Under the pieces are notes generated by a model that was not told the origin of the DNA, did no database searches, and was given only the letters and a program-made list of their open reading frames with translations. Below, piece after piece: positions 10,024 to 19,754 of a stretch of 64,000 nt of DNA; position 1 is the first letter of the stretch; each line of letters opens with the position of its first letter. The translations under genes were made by a program, and so were the position numbers. Location of the stretch: the NCBI GenBank assembly GCA_965277405.1, contig OZ255726.1:1120001-1184000 (forward strand). Reading direction: 5' to 3'. This DNA comes from Gammaproteobacteria bacterium. Its GTDB lineage: Bacteria > Pseudomonadota > Gammaproteobacteria > G965277405.

Positions 10024-11046
10024 ATGACTGACTAAAACAAAAACCCGAAGAAACCTGCAAGGCGCGACTTCCTGAAGACCGTAGCGCTAGGATCTGTGGT
10101 GCTGGGTGCCGGAACGTTAGCACCAGAACTCGTGTCAAAAACCGCCAGCGTGGCATATGCCCAAGGTGGTGATAAGTTGAAGATGGCTTTTATCCAGTAT
10201 ATACCGCACACCGTGCCGGCTGCCTGGAGCAAGGGCATTGAAGATGTCCTGAATTCTCAGCCGACGATCGAGTATCAGTTGCTCGACGGTCAGGCTAAAG
10301 CCGAGGTTCAGGCGAGTTTGATGGATTCACTCATTATTAACGGTACCAACGTGATCTTTCTGCAGCCCGTTGATAGCGTGGCTCTGGGTCCGTCAATCGC
10401 TAAGGCGCGGCGCGCGGGAATTCCAGTGATCACACTCAACATTGATGCGCCTGAACTCCATGCTGCGCATGTGGAGATGAGTCACTATCTAGGAGCCAAG
10501 GACATTGCTAAATCGACGGGTGCGGCAATGGGTGGTACTGGTAAGGTGGCAATCCTGAATGCGCCTCCTGGACTGATTATCCGTGATCAGCGTGAAAATG
10601 GCTTTGTCGATGGCATGGTCGAACATCATCCCAGCATACAGATTGTAGCCAATCAGGTTGCCGACTGGTCGCGCAAGAAGGCGCAGGATGTATTCACCAC
10701 GATCCTGGCGGCAAATCCTGATGTGACAGGTGTTTATGGTATCAACGATTCCATGGCCCTTGGTGCCGTAGATGTTGCCAAGCAAAAGGGAATTCTTGAT
10801 AAAATTACCGTCTACGGCAACGATGGTGAGAAAGATGCACTGCAGTCGATTGAAAATGGCGAGCTCACCGGAACACAATATACTGACGTGTATCAGCAAG
10901 GCCGGTATGCAGCAGCCGCTGCCACGGTGCTTGCCAGTGGCGGTGTTTCGGCGCGTGATATCGGTAGACAGGGAGCCCTTTTGATGCCGTACATCATTGC
11001 GACGCTGGATACGGTAGGCCAGATCGGTCCAGCGCAACGCTGGTAG
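10024..11046 (+). pseudogene. Sugar ABC transporter periplasmic binding protein with Tat signal; in-frame stop at codon 4
   Basis: ATG ACT GAC TAA then NKNPKKPARRDFLKTVALG, in frame with ORF 10096-11046 (RbsB-like: QPVDS, GIPVITLN, NDSMALGA). Confidence 0.8.
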
Positions 11047-11075
11047 GTGTTCAGGTTGTTGTAATGTTACGAACG

Positions 11076-11107
11076 CGGGGCGTGTTTTACCGATAAATCA
11101 CGCCTCG
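11076..11107 (+). terminator. Intercistronic stem-loop after the binding-protein gene
   Basis: CGGGGCGTGTTTTA-ccga-TAAATCACGCCTCG imperfect inverted repeat. Confidence 0.5.
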
Positions 11108-11127
11108 GGCTTTGCAGGTTTGGCGCA

Positions 11128-12060
11128 ATGCACTTGATAAACAAAATACCCAACAAGGAACTCCTGTTCCTCTTAGTTGCCGCCGTTGTGATATTTTCGA
11201 TATTTGCAAATCGATTTTTGACGCCCTCGAACTTTGAGAACATTCTTACGGGTTATTCGTTTCTGGCAATTCTTGCCATCGGCCAGGGTCTGACCATCAT
11301 GGTTAGAGGAATTGATCTCAGCATCGGGTCGAACGTTGCTTTGGGGGCGATGGTGCTTTTCGATTTGACGATGATCCTGCAACTTCCAGGATATCAGGCA
11401 ATACCGCTTGCGACCTTGGCTGCCTATCGCGGAGCAGTTTATGCCATTTCGGGGCGGCAACTTTTCCCCGAACTGTCTTCAAAACCCATAACCGACCCAT
11501 GGATTCGTTATCTGGGTGATTTTATCGACCTAGGCGGTCTATTGCGGCTCGACGGTGTTGTGCAACTTCCCTGGATACCAGTTTCCTTTGTTGTGCTTCT
11601 TATCTTTGCCGCTGTCGTCCAGTTTGCGGTGTTTAGCACGCGCTGGGGGCTAAACCTGAGGACACTTGGGGGCAACGCGGAAGCCGCGCATCTTGCCGGT
11701 CTAAACACCAGCCTTCTGGAAATTTCAGCCTATGTTATTTGCGGCCTAGCGGCCGGGCTTGCAGCCGTCATCCTAGTTGGACGCTTCACGACCGCGACGG
11801 AGGCGCTTGGCAGCGGCATGGAACTAACCTCGATTGCTGCGGCCGTGATTGGCGGAACCAGGTTGCACGGTGGTGTAGGCGGGGTGTTCGGCCCGCTAAT
11901 TGGCGCCTTCCTGCTTGGTGTTATTTTGATCGGGTTGACGTTGATGGGCGTTTCGCAATTTATCCAGCAGATTTTGACGGGTACAATACTAATTGCAGCA
12001 GTTTCATATGATCGATTCCTCATTCATCGTTCGAAAAAGCGTGCTGGGGTGACAACATGA
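11128..12060 (+). CDS. Sugar ABC transporter permease (RbsC-like), apparent in-frame internal deletion
   Basis: GIDLSIG, GGNAEAAHLAG, ELTSIAAAVIGGT; the GxxNG..P segment is missing around 11410. Confidence 0.8.
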   Translation: MHLINKIPNKELLFLLVAAVVIFSIFANRFLTPSNFENILTGYSFLAILAIGQGLTIMVRGIDLSIGSNVALGAMVLFDLTMILQLPGYQAIPLATLAAYRGAVYAISGRQLFPELSSKPITDPWIRYLGDFIDLGGLLRLDGVVQLPWIPVSFVVLLIFAAVVQFAVFSTRWGLNLRTLGGNAEAAHLAGLNTSLLEISAYVICGLAAGLAAVILVGRFTTATEALGSGMELTSIAAAVIGGTRLHGGVGGVFGPLIGAFLLGVILIGLTLMGVSQFIQQILTGTILIAAVSYDRFLIHRSKKRAGVTT

Positions 12061-13571
12061 TACCCTTTGCCCTGCAAGCGCTTGCGGTATCGAAGAAATT
12101 TGGCACTTTTGCAGCTCTGCAGCCGCTAGATTTTTCGATTGAGGTGGGGGAGGTGCGCGGACTGGTTGGCAGTAACGGTGCGGGAAAGACCACCTTCATC
12201 AAGGTGCTAACGGGTGCACACCGCCCGACAACTGGCACGATTTTGGTGGACGGGCACGAACTGCCGGACAATTCGACCGCTGCGCATCTGCACGCTGGTA
12301 TCGCATGCATCTATCAGCATTCCAGTCTGGCACCAAATCTGACAGTTCTTGACAACCTGTATTTAGGACGTCATCCATGCGGTATCCTTGGCATAATCAA
12401 TAGACAAAAATTGCGAGCGGATGGCCTTGCGCTTCTTACCGGTCATGGAGTGGATGTTGAGCCCGACGTGCTCGTTGAGACCTTGCCCACGGTCAAACAG
12501 AAACAAATCGAAATCCTCAAGGCCTTGGCACAAAATGCCAAAATAATCCTGATGGACGAACCGACAGCGTGGCTGTCACATGCGGAGGTAAAGCGGCTCC
12601 ACGAAACTATTGCCAGACTGCAAGCGCGCGGCATCGCTATTGTCTATATTTCCCATATGATAAACGAAATTTTTCAGGTCTGTGACAGTGTGTCGGTCCT
12701 GCGCGATGGAACACATGTTTGGACCGGCGCGGTCTCTAGTACGGATCGCCCTGAGTTGATACAGCATATGCTTGGTGAATCAGCTAGCAAACTCACCGGT
12801 CATTCCAGACCTCAGGACAGGGCAAAGCGTAACTCCGGTGCGGTGAAATTGTCCAGCAAGGGGCTTTGCCGTGCCGGGTATTTTTTTGATGTCAACTTCG
12901 ATCTGCATGCTGGTGAAATTTTGTGTGTTACCGGACTGATCGGAGCCAAGCGCACCGAACTTGTGCGTTGTCTATTCGGCGCAGACCGACCGGACAAGGG
13001 AACAATCGAGATCGACGGTGCACCGGTGCAAATCAGTTCACCCAGACAGGCAATGAACCTGGGCATCGGTTTCGTTCCCGAGGATCGTCACCGAGATGGC
13101 CTTTTTTTGACGCATTCAATCCGCGAAAACCTGGTTCTTGCCGCGCTTTCCAAGCTCAGCGATGGGCTGTTGATGAGGAGCCGTGTGTTTCGTGATGTAG
13201 CTGCACGCCAGGTCAAAAAGCTAAACATCGTACCGACCGATCCAGAACGGGTGGTCGGCTGGCTCAGTGGTGGCAACCAGCAGAAAATCCTGCTCGGCAA
13301 ATGGCTTGAAACCAATCCGTCGATCATCATTCTTGATGAGCCGACGGTCGGCGTCGATGTCGGCGCCAAGGCTGAAATCTACGCAATTCTTGATGAATTG
13401 AAGCGCCGTGGCGCGGCTGTTTTGGTTGTTTCGTCGGACATTGAGGAAGTTCAAGCGATTGCCGACAGAATTGCGGTGATGGCGGATGGGTGTCTTGGCA
13501 AGTGCTTTGAGGCATCGAGTGTTACACATGCGGAATTGATAGGCTTGATCAGCGGAAATGCGACCGCATGA
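12057..13571 (+). CDS. Sugar ABC transporter ATP-binding protein (RbsA-like, two NBDs)
   Basis: GSNGAGKT, MDEPT, VPEDR, LSGGNQQK, LDEPTVGVDVGAK. Confidence 0.93.
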   Translation: MIPFALQALAVSKKFGTFAALQPLDFSIEVGEVRGLVGSNGAGKTTFIKVLTGAHRPTTGTILVDGHELPDNSTAAHLHAGIACIYQHSSLAPNLTVLDNLYLGRHPCGILGIINRQKLRADGLALLTGHGVDVEPDVLVETLPTVKQKQIEILKALAQNAKIILMDEPTAWLSHAEVKRLHETIARLQARGIAIVYISHMINEIFQVCDSVSVLRDGTHVWTGAVSSTDRPELIQHMLGESASKLTGHSRPQDRAKRNSGAVKLSSKGLCRAGYFFDVNFDLHAGEILCVTGLIGAKRTELVRCLFGADRPDKGTIEIDGAPVQISSPRQAMNLGIGFVPEDRHRDGLFLTHSIRENLVLAALSKLSDGLLMRSRVFRDVAARQVKKLNIVPTDPERVVGWLSGGNQQKILLGKWLETNPSIIILDEPTVGVDVGAKAEIYAILDELKRRGAAVLVVSSDIEEVQAIADRIAVMADGCLGKCFEASSVTHAELIGLISGNATA

Positions 13572-14497
13572 GCACTTTTGCGGACAAATTTTCCAGCCTT
13601 GCATTGCCTATTGCGGTTGTAGTAACCGCTCTTGTGTTTGGACTGGTTGAGCCAGCCTTTTTGTCGTCGGGAAACCTGACGGGCATCGTGCATCGTATGG
13701 CGACCATTGGCATTATGGCAGTTGGCATGACGTTTGTGATCATGACAGGCGGCATTGACCTTGCGGTCGGTCCTGTTATGGCGCTCGCCGGGCTTGCGTC
13801 GTATTTCTCACTTCAGGTCGGCATTCCCCTGCCATTGTCAATCGTGGTCGGCGTGTTGAGCGGTGCGGTTGTCGGTGCAATCAATGGCACAGCAATAGCG
13901 TTTTTCAGGTTGCCTGCGATAATTGTGACCCTTGGCATGTTGTCGATCGTGCGTGGCGTGGCGCTGACGATCGGCGGACCGACCCTCCACCAGATCAGCG
14001 ACCAACCTGCGTACACATTCATAGGTACAGGGTCGTTTTGCGGCCTTCCGGTTTCGGTGTTGATTTTTGCATTGCTGGCTTTGATTGCAGTGCTGGTCCA
14101 GAAATACACCATCTACGGCCTTCAGATTTCGACCCTTGGTGACAATGAAAGAGCGTCGGAACTGTCCGGTCGCCCCACCCGATTGCTGAAATTGTCAACA
14201 TATGTTGTGTGTGGAGTGACTGCAGCAATTGCGGGTATTATCGAGAGCTCACAAGTTTACACCGCGTCGGCGAACTTTGGTGAGTTTGGCACTGAACTCG
14301 ATGTGATTTCAGCCGTCATACTTGGCGGGGCAAGCATGTTTGGCGGAAAGGAGTATGTATGGAACACAGTGCTGGGTGTCCTATTTCTGGGTGTGATCAA
14401 TAGCGGGCTGAACATTTTGAACATTCCCGTGGATGTTCAGCTAATGGTCAAGGGCGCTATAATTGTTTTGGCGATCAGCGTTTCTTTGCATAAGTAA
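13568..14497 (+). CDS. Sugar ABC transporter permease
   Basis: GGIDLAVG, GAINGTAIAFFRLPAIIVTLG, ELDVISAVILGGAS. Confidence 0.9.
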   Translation: MSTFADKFSSLALPIAVVVTALVFGLVEPAFLSSGNLTGIVHRMATIGIMAVGMTFVIMTGGIDLAVGPVMALAGLASYFSLQVGIPLPLSIVVGVLSGAVVGAINGTAIAFFRLPAIIVTLGMLSIVRGVALTIGGPTLHQISDQPAYTFIGTGSFCGLPVSVLIFALLALIAVLVQKYTIYGLQISTLGDNERASELSGRPTRLLKLSTYVVCGVTAAIAGIIESSQVYTASANFGEFGTELDVISAVILGGASMFGGKEYVWNTVLGVLFLGVINSGLNILNIPVDVQLMVKGAIIVLAISVSLHK

Positions 14498-14619
14498 CGG
14501 GAGGCTAGCATAGTGAGGTCCTGTCGATATAGTGCAGCCCTCAAATGTTCTGGCATTGTGGGTTATGCAACACTCAAATCTTCGAGGTGATACCAATGCA
14601 GAATTCCGACAGTTGTCTG

Positions 14620-15031
14620 GCTTGGAAAAAGATGCAAGACCATCGCATTAACATATTTTTTCATAGAAAATATCTGCATTCCTCATTACTCAGAAAATCA
14701 TCGTATGCGGAGTATCAGCAGGTCACAATCTTAGTTTTAGTGATGCTTTGTGAGGAAATTCCCGCTTGTGAACTCGATTGTTTGGCAGACCTCATACATT
14801 GGCAAGACCTGCGCCAACACCTGCGCATTGTGCCTAGAGACAATATCAGTATGGTTACAATATTTATTACCAACATGGTACAACTTAGCGGATGAAGCAG
14901 TGAGCCATGCAGTTGCTCGCGCTTTAGTTTGCATGAAGTTTGGTAATTTTACTCTTGCAGGCAGCTAATGCGACAATGTGTGTCCGCTTGCGGAACAAGG
15001 TAAACACATAATCTTTTCAAAGCCCTCCTTA
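14620..15031 (+). mobile_element. Highly decayed IS5-family (IS1106-like) remnant
   Basis: Frameshifted pieces LDCLADLIHWQDLRQHL and LLPTWYNLADEAVSHAVARAL (cf. LLQxWYNLSDxxLE); IR-like TTTTCAAAGCCCTC near 15014-15027. Confidence 0.45.
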
Positions 15032-15045
15032 GCATTTACACTTAG

Positions 15046-15338
15046 GGAATCTCTGATTAAGTCCATAATGGGCAAGATTGAGAAAAACGCTTATGATAAC
15101 TAGACGCAGTGCATAGATAATGCTGGTGGTCTTGTGGGTGTTGCCACGCGCTGCTACGACGTTAGCACCGCTTTTTTCCCGTCGTTGTGTTGAATATACT
15201 TTGGGTTTGCTGTAGCGGTACTTGCTGTGTTGCATCCCTTGGCGTATATGCTACGGCATACGCTCAGCGGTTTGCGTCTTGCAATCATCAGCAATTACCA
15301 TCAAATTCGCTTCATCAGCGACTTAATCAGAGGTGTCC
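15046..15338 (+). mobile_element. IS5-type MITE, copy 2
   Basis: TTAG|GGAATCTCTGATTAA ... TTAATCAGAGGTGTCC|TTTA; interior matches the other copies. Confidence 0.85.
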
Positions 15339-15419
15339 TTTAAGGTATACAATGGAGCGGTGCGATAAGCTCCTATATCTTGTCTTCCTGCGCTAATACC
15401 TTGAATACCTTGCGACATT

Positions 15420-15670
15420 AGCAGACGGTTGTTTTGTCATGTTCTCTTCTGCCAAGACTCAGACAGCAAAAGCGCATGGGGGCAGGCCAGTCGCGATCTT
15501 GTTAGCTAAATTTTATCATCCACAAGGTTGTAGCGCAAGCTGAACACAGGTGACTTGAACATCAACACGCTGTCTATCGGCTTGCGTCCAATACGCGAAT
15601 TACGTTACTTATCGCCAGCTCTATCTAGCACAGGTCATAATTCATCTAGTAGCAACAGTTTGATTTAGAC
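15420..15670 (-). mobile_element. IS5-family transposase fragment
   Basis: The minus strand reads GRKPIDSVLMFKSPVFSLRYNLV (cf. GRKPxDxVLMFKxLVLxxLYNLSD, DUF772 region). Confidence 0.55.
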
Positions 15671-15695
15671 CTGTGGGTCTTTTTCTTGGATTGTA

Positions 15696-16262
15696 TTAGT
15701 AAATTAAATTCGCTCTGCGATTTAACTTCCACGCACCTTCATTATCAGCACTATCAACTGGTCGTAACTCACCATAACTGATTACATTAATATTTTTTTG
15801 CCGTACGCCACGAATACGTAAATACCTAGCTACAGCTTCACCGCGACGATTACCTAATGCGTTATTATATTCAATCGTGCCACGATCATCAGCATGACCT
15901 TCGATAGTTACTTCTAATTCCGGCTGTGCAAGCAAACGAGATAAAATCACTTCTGCATGCGCATCTAACGCTTCAAACGCAATTCCCTTGAGTTCATCTT
16001 GATCATAGTCAAAGTAATATGTTTTAACATCTAAAAGTTCAGCCGTTCTTCGTGATTCTTCACTTGCTTCACTTGCTTCACTTGCTTCAGTGGCAGCAGT
16101 TGCTTGTTCGGTTGGTGTTTCTTGCTGTAGTGTGGCTTCTTGCTCTACAGTTTCAGCAACACTACCACTATCTTCGGTGTCACTACTTTTTACTTGATTT
16201 TGCGCGCAAGCACTAATTCCAGCTAAAAACACAAAAAACAAAATGGTTTGCAGTATTTTCAT
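15696..16262 (-). CDS. pal: Peptidoglycan-associated lipoprotein (Pal/OmpA-C domain)
   Basis: Lipobox ISAC; YFDYDQ, IEGHADDRGTIEYNNALGNRR, ISYGELRP, NRRA; 9-bp repeat (EAS x3) in the linker. Confidence 0.88.
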   Translation of the reverse strand: MKILQTILFFVFLAGISACAQNQVKSSDTEDSGSVAETVEQEATLQQETPTEQATAATEASEASEASEESRRTAELLDVKTYYFDYDQDELKGIAFEALDAHAEVILSRLLAQPELEVTIEGHADDRGTIEYNNALGNRRGEAVARYLRIRGVRQKNINVISYGELRPVDSADNEGAWKLNRRANLIY

Positions 16263-16276
16263 TATATTTTTCCTAG

Positions 16277-16843
16277 TTAATATTTTAATTCAACTCGTCT
16301 ATTTTGCATCCAAGCAGTTTCGTCATTCCCTTTGACTGCTGGGACCTCTTCACCATAGCTTACAACACGTACTGCTGTTTTGGGAACACCTCGATGAACT
16401 AAATACGTACTTACAGCAGCAGCCCGTCTTTCTGCTAAGGCAATATTATAGCCTTTAGAGCCACGATCGTCTGTATGTCCTTCAACTATAACAACAAGAT
16501 TCGGGTTACTCAATAACGCATGTGTCATATTTTGCACATGAGCATCTAAAGTAGCGAATGCTTGTGGGCGTATTTGACTACTGTTCGTAGTAAATAAGAA
16601 TACACGCTGTTGTAAGTTTGAGTCTGAGCCGAGTAATTCTAGGGATTGTGTAATCAAATAATCTGTTGGACGGAGTTCATCATCAAAACCAAACTCAGAA
16701 CCTTGTGTAATGTCTTGTTCGGGAAAGTTTTGATCAGAAAAAAAGCTGTTGTTAGTATTGTCATCAACTGGAATAACAACTGCGCAACTCCCAATGGACG
16801 TCATCATAACAAAAAAAGCCAGTCGAATACTGGTGTCAATCAT
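16277..16843 (-). CDS. Second Pal-like lipoprotein (OmpA-C domain)
   Basis: Lipobox IGSC after ATG 16843; VEGHTDDRGSKGYNIALAERRA, VSYGEEVP, NRRVEL. Confidence 0.85.
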   Translation of the reverse strand: MIDTSIRLAFFVMMTSIGSCAVVIPVDDNTNNSFFSDQNFPEQDITQGSEFGFDDELRPTDYLITQSLELLGSDSNLQQRVFLFTTNSSQIRPQAFATLDAHVQNMTHALLSNPNLVVIVEGHTDDRGSKGYNIALAERRAAAVSTYLVHRGVPKTAVRVVSYGEEVPAVKGNDETAWMQNRRVELKY

Positions 16844-17062
16844 AACTATACTGCCATTGGCTTTGTGAACGAGAATATATTTTAACAAGATGCTTAAGTG
16901 TTCTGTAGTAAGAAAGCTGATTTCCTATACAAATTATAATTGTCAGGTAGGTTATTAGCATATTATTGTGTGAAACTCTAGGGAAAATGTAAATATCAAA
17001 ATCTGATAATCTCTTGGCAATAATAGTAGAAAGTTTACAAACTCTTGGCACTATACTAACAG

Positions 17063-17146
17063 GCCCGGATGGTGGAATTGGTAGACACTCAAGACTTAAA
17101 ATCTTGTGGACGTAAGTCCGTGCCGGTTCGAGTCCGGCTCTGGGTA
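17063..17146 (+). tRNA. tRNA-Leu (anticodon TAA)
   Basis: GCCCGGATGGTGGAATTGGTAGACAC, anticodon arm CAAGA-CTTAAAA-TCTTG, long variable arm, GGTTCGAGTCC; followed by TCA rather than CCA. Confidence 0.95.
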
Positions 17147-17355
17147 TCATTTTTTGTTGCAATAGTATGGGGTGCATCCAGATTAGTATGTAGTATTTTG
17201 CACAAAGGTTACAATTTTGAGCGTGTAGTTTGTGTGTAATCATTTATGAAAAAACACAGGCCCGCTTGTTGTGATGCGTTTAGAGCCGCTTTTTTTTATA
17301 AGCTTTAGCATTATGTGTGGTTTGTTTGTGTTGGCGCGGTTCAGTCGTCGGTTAA

Positions 17356-17634
17356 GAAACCTTTGATTAAGCCCATGATGGGCGAGACGGAGAAAAAAAC
17401 GCTGATAAAACTTAAGCGAAGTGCGCGCTAACGCTTGGTGGGTCTTGCCAAGTGCTGCAACGAGGCAGCGCAGCGTTTTTTCCCGTTGTTGTGTTGAATA
17501 TACTTTCGGTTTGCGGCAGCGGCACTTGCTGTGTTGCATCCCATGGCGTATATGCTATGCCATGCGCTTAGCGCCTTGCAATCCTCAGCAAATGCAGGCA
17601 AACTCGCGCCATAAGCGAGTTAATCAAAGATTAC
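17356..17634 (+). mobile_element. IS5-type MITE, copy 3
   Basis: TTAA|GAAACCTTTGATTAA ... TTAATCAAAGATTAC|ATAG. Confidence 0.85.
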
Positions 17635-17711
17635 ATAGGGCAGCGGTAATGCCTTGTAATCAACGCCAGTTCGATACAAACTTGGCGTATTTGCAATTAT
17701 TAATATATTAT

Positions 17712-18698
17712 ATGCAATACCCTCAAACTAGAATGCGCCGGCTACGCTCTGACGTATGGATACGGAAACTGGTACAACAAACATCGTTAAGCGTGCATGA
17801 CTTTATCTACCCTGTATTCGTCCACTATGACCCAAACCATCGTCAGCCGATTGCCGCGCTGCCTGGGATTGAGCGGATGGGTAATACAGTGTTGCTGCGT
17901 CATTTGCAGCCATTGGTACGGCAAGGGTTGCTGGCGATTGCAATATTTCCTGTTATTGATGCTAACAAAAAATCAGCAGATGCTGCTGAGGCTTGGAACC
18001 CTAACGGATTGGTGCAACAAGCAGTCGTTAGTGTTAAAAAGCACTTTCCTCAACTTGGGGTGATTACTGATGTTGCCTTGGATCCGTATACCAGCCACGG
18101 TCAAGATGGGCTCATGGATGCGCATGGATATATCGTCAATGACAGCAGTTGCGATGTGTTAGTGAAACAGGCGTTGTCGCATGCAGATGCAGGTGCTGAT
18201 ATAGTTGCACCGTCTGATATGATGGATGGGCGGATTGGGTTAATTCGCACTGCTTTGGAGGAACATGCGTATCCATTAGTTAAAATATTGGCATATAGTG
18301 CGAAATATGCATCAGCATATTATGGACCGTTTCGCGCAGCGGTTGGTTCAGTACAAAGCCTTGCTGGTGCTAATAAATCAACGTACCAAATGGATATCGC
18401 CAACAGTGCCGAAGCGCTAAAGGAAATTCAATTAGATATCGATGAAGGCGCTGATATTGTTATGGTAAAACCGGCGCTACCGTATCTGGATATCATTCAG
18501 TCGGCACATAACATATTTAAAACAACACCTGTGTTTGCATATCAAGTGAGTGGTGAGTATGCGCAACTCCAAGCTGCAATAGCCAATGGCTGGCTTGATG
18601 ATGCGGCTATTGTCGAAGCATGTATGGCGATAAAGCGTGCGGGGGCGAGTGCAATGTTGAGTTACTTTACTCCGAAAATTTTTTCATTGCTGGCGTGA
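17712..18698 (+). CDS. hemB: Porphobilinogen synthase (ALA dehydratase)
   Basis: YPQTRMRRLR, TDVALDPYTSHGQDG, APSDMMDGRI, YSAKYASAYYGPFR, MVKPALPYLD; the 5' extension of the called ORF is MITE sequence. Confidence 0.96.
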   Translation: MQYPQTRMRRLRSDVWIRKLVQQTSLSVHDFIYPVFVHYDPNHRQPIAALPGIERMGNTVLLRHLQPLVRQGLLAIAIFPVIDANKKSADAAEAWNPNGLVQQAVVSVKKHFPQLGVITDVALDPYTSHGQDGLMDAHGYIVNDSSCDVLVKQALSHADAGADIVAPSDMMDGRIGLIRTALEEHAYPLVKILAYSAKYASAYYGPFRAAVGSVQSLAGANKSTYQMDIANSAEALKEIQLDIDEGADIVMVKPALPYLDIIQSAHNIFKTTPVFAYQVSGEYAQLQAAIANGWLDDAAIVEACMAIKRAGASAMLSYFTPKIFSLLA

Positions 18699-19726
18699 GT
18701 AGTTTGCATGCGCTAAATGACGTTATTATTTCTCAACAGAACACTCTGGCTGTTCCAGCAATAGCAGATGCGCTTGTGGTTGTGAGCCACTTGCAAGATG
18801 TCCAACAATTGCCAGCCTTACAAGAGCGTCTGCAGTTGCCAATACTGCTGCTCGGTAGTGGGAGTAACGTGGTATTACCACAACGGTTGCATCGGCTAGT
18901 TGTTAAGTTGGCTGTTGGCAAAATGAGTGTTCACGCAGAAGATGATGCGTCGATCATCATTGATGTGGCAGCGGGCTATAACTGGCATCAACTCGTCTAC
19001 ACGGCGACACAACGCGGCTGGTTTGGTTTAGAGAAGTTAGCGCTTATTCCAGGGACTGTTGGTGCAGCTCCTTTGCAAAATATAGGCGCATATGGCGCAT
19101 CATTTAGTGATTGTTGTGTGGCGGTAGAATATTATGATTTGCAGCAGCAAACGTGGTGTTGGCGTGCTAGTGAGCGTTGTGAATTTGGATATAGAACGAG
19201 TTGGTTTGCCCACCAACGTCAGTTGATAGTTACTCAAGTCAGGTTGCGATTAGCTAAATTTGCAGCTGCTATTCAGCCTGAATATCAGCAGTTGCGAGAT
19301 AGGTGTGGTGACCAGCTTGCGCCGATGGATGTGTTGCATGCGGTCATTGCCTTGCGTACAAGAAAACTTCATGACCCGCAGCGCACCCCAAATGCTGGGA
19401 GTTTTTTTCACAATCCTGTTGTCGATGTGGCGATTGCAGAGAATATTTGCACTAGGTTTCCACAAATCAAATCACATGTTCGTCAACAACAAGTTGTTAT
19501 CCCTGCAGCTGCACTTATTGAACACGCTGGTCTCAAAGGTTTTTGCGATAGTGTGTACAATGGTGCTGCAGTGTCGGGGCGACACGCGCTGTGTCTTATC
19601 AATTGTGGCCATGCAACAGGGAATGATTTTTTGCGACTTGCCAAGCACATCCAGCGCACAGTATTGGCGCAATTTGGGGTATTGTTGACGATAGAACCGC
19701 AGGTAATTCAGCCCGTCCAACAATGA
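18695..19726 (+). CDS. murB: UDP-N-acetylenolpyruvoylglucosamine reductase
   Basis: LGSGSNV, GLEKLALIPGTVGAAPLQNIGAYG, FGYRTS, PNAGSFF, HALCLIN; GTG start overlaps the hemB stop. Confidence 0.92.
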   Translation: MSSLHALNDVIISQQNTLAVPAIADALVVVSHLQDVQQLPALQERLQLPILLLGSGSNVVLPQRLHRLVVKLAVGKMSVHAEDDASIIIDVAAGYNWHQLVYTATQRGWFGLEKLALIPGTVGAAPLQNIGAYGASFSDCCVAVEYYDLQQQTWCWRASERCEFGYRTSWFAHQRQLIVTQVRLRLAKFAAAIQPEYQQLRDRCGDQLAPMDVLHAVIALRTRKLHDPQRTPNAGSFFHNPVVDVAIAENICTRFPQIKSHVRQQQVVIPAAALIEHAGLKGFCDSVYNGAAVSGRHALCLINCGHATGNDFLRLAKHIQRTVLAQFGVLLTIEPQVIQPVQQ

Positions 19727-19754
19727 TGTAATCATAGGAGTAGCAGCAGATAAT

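Noticed and set aside
17421-17711. N-terminal extensions of HemB and YbiU (1589-1666), and the small ORFs overlapping the MITE copies
   Set aside because: They are chance open frames through repeat sequence, and the frames are not conserved between copies.
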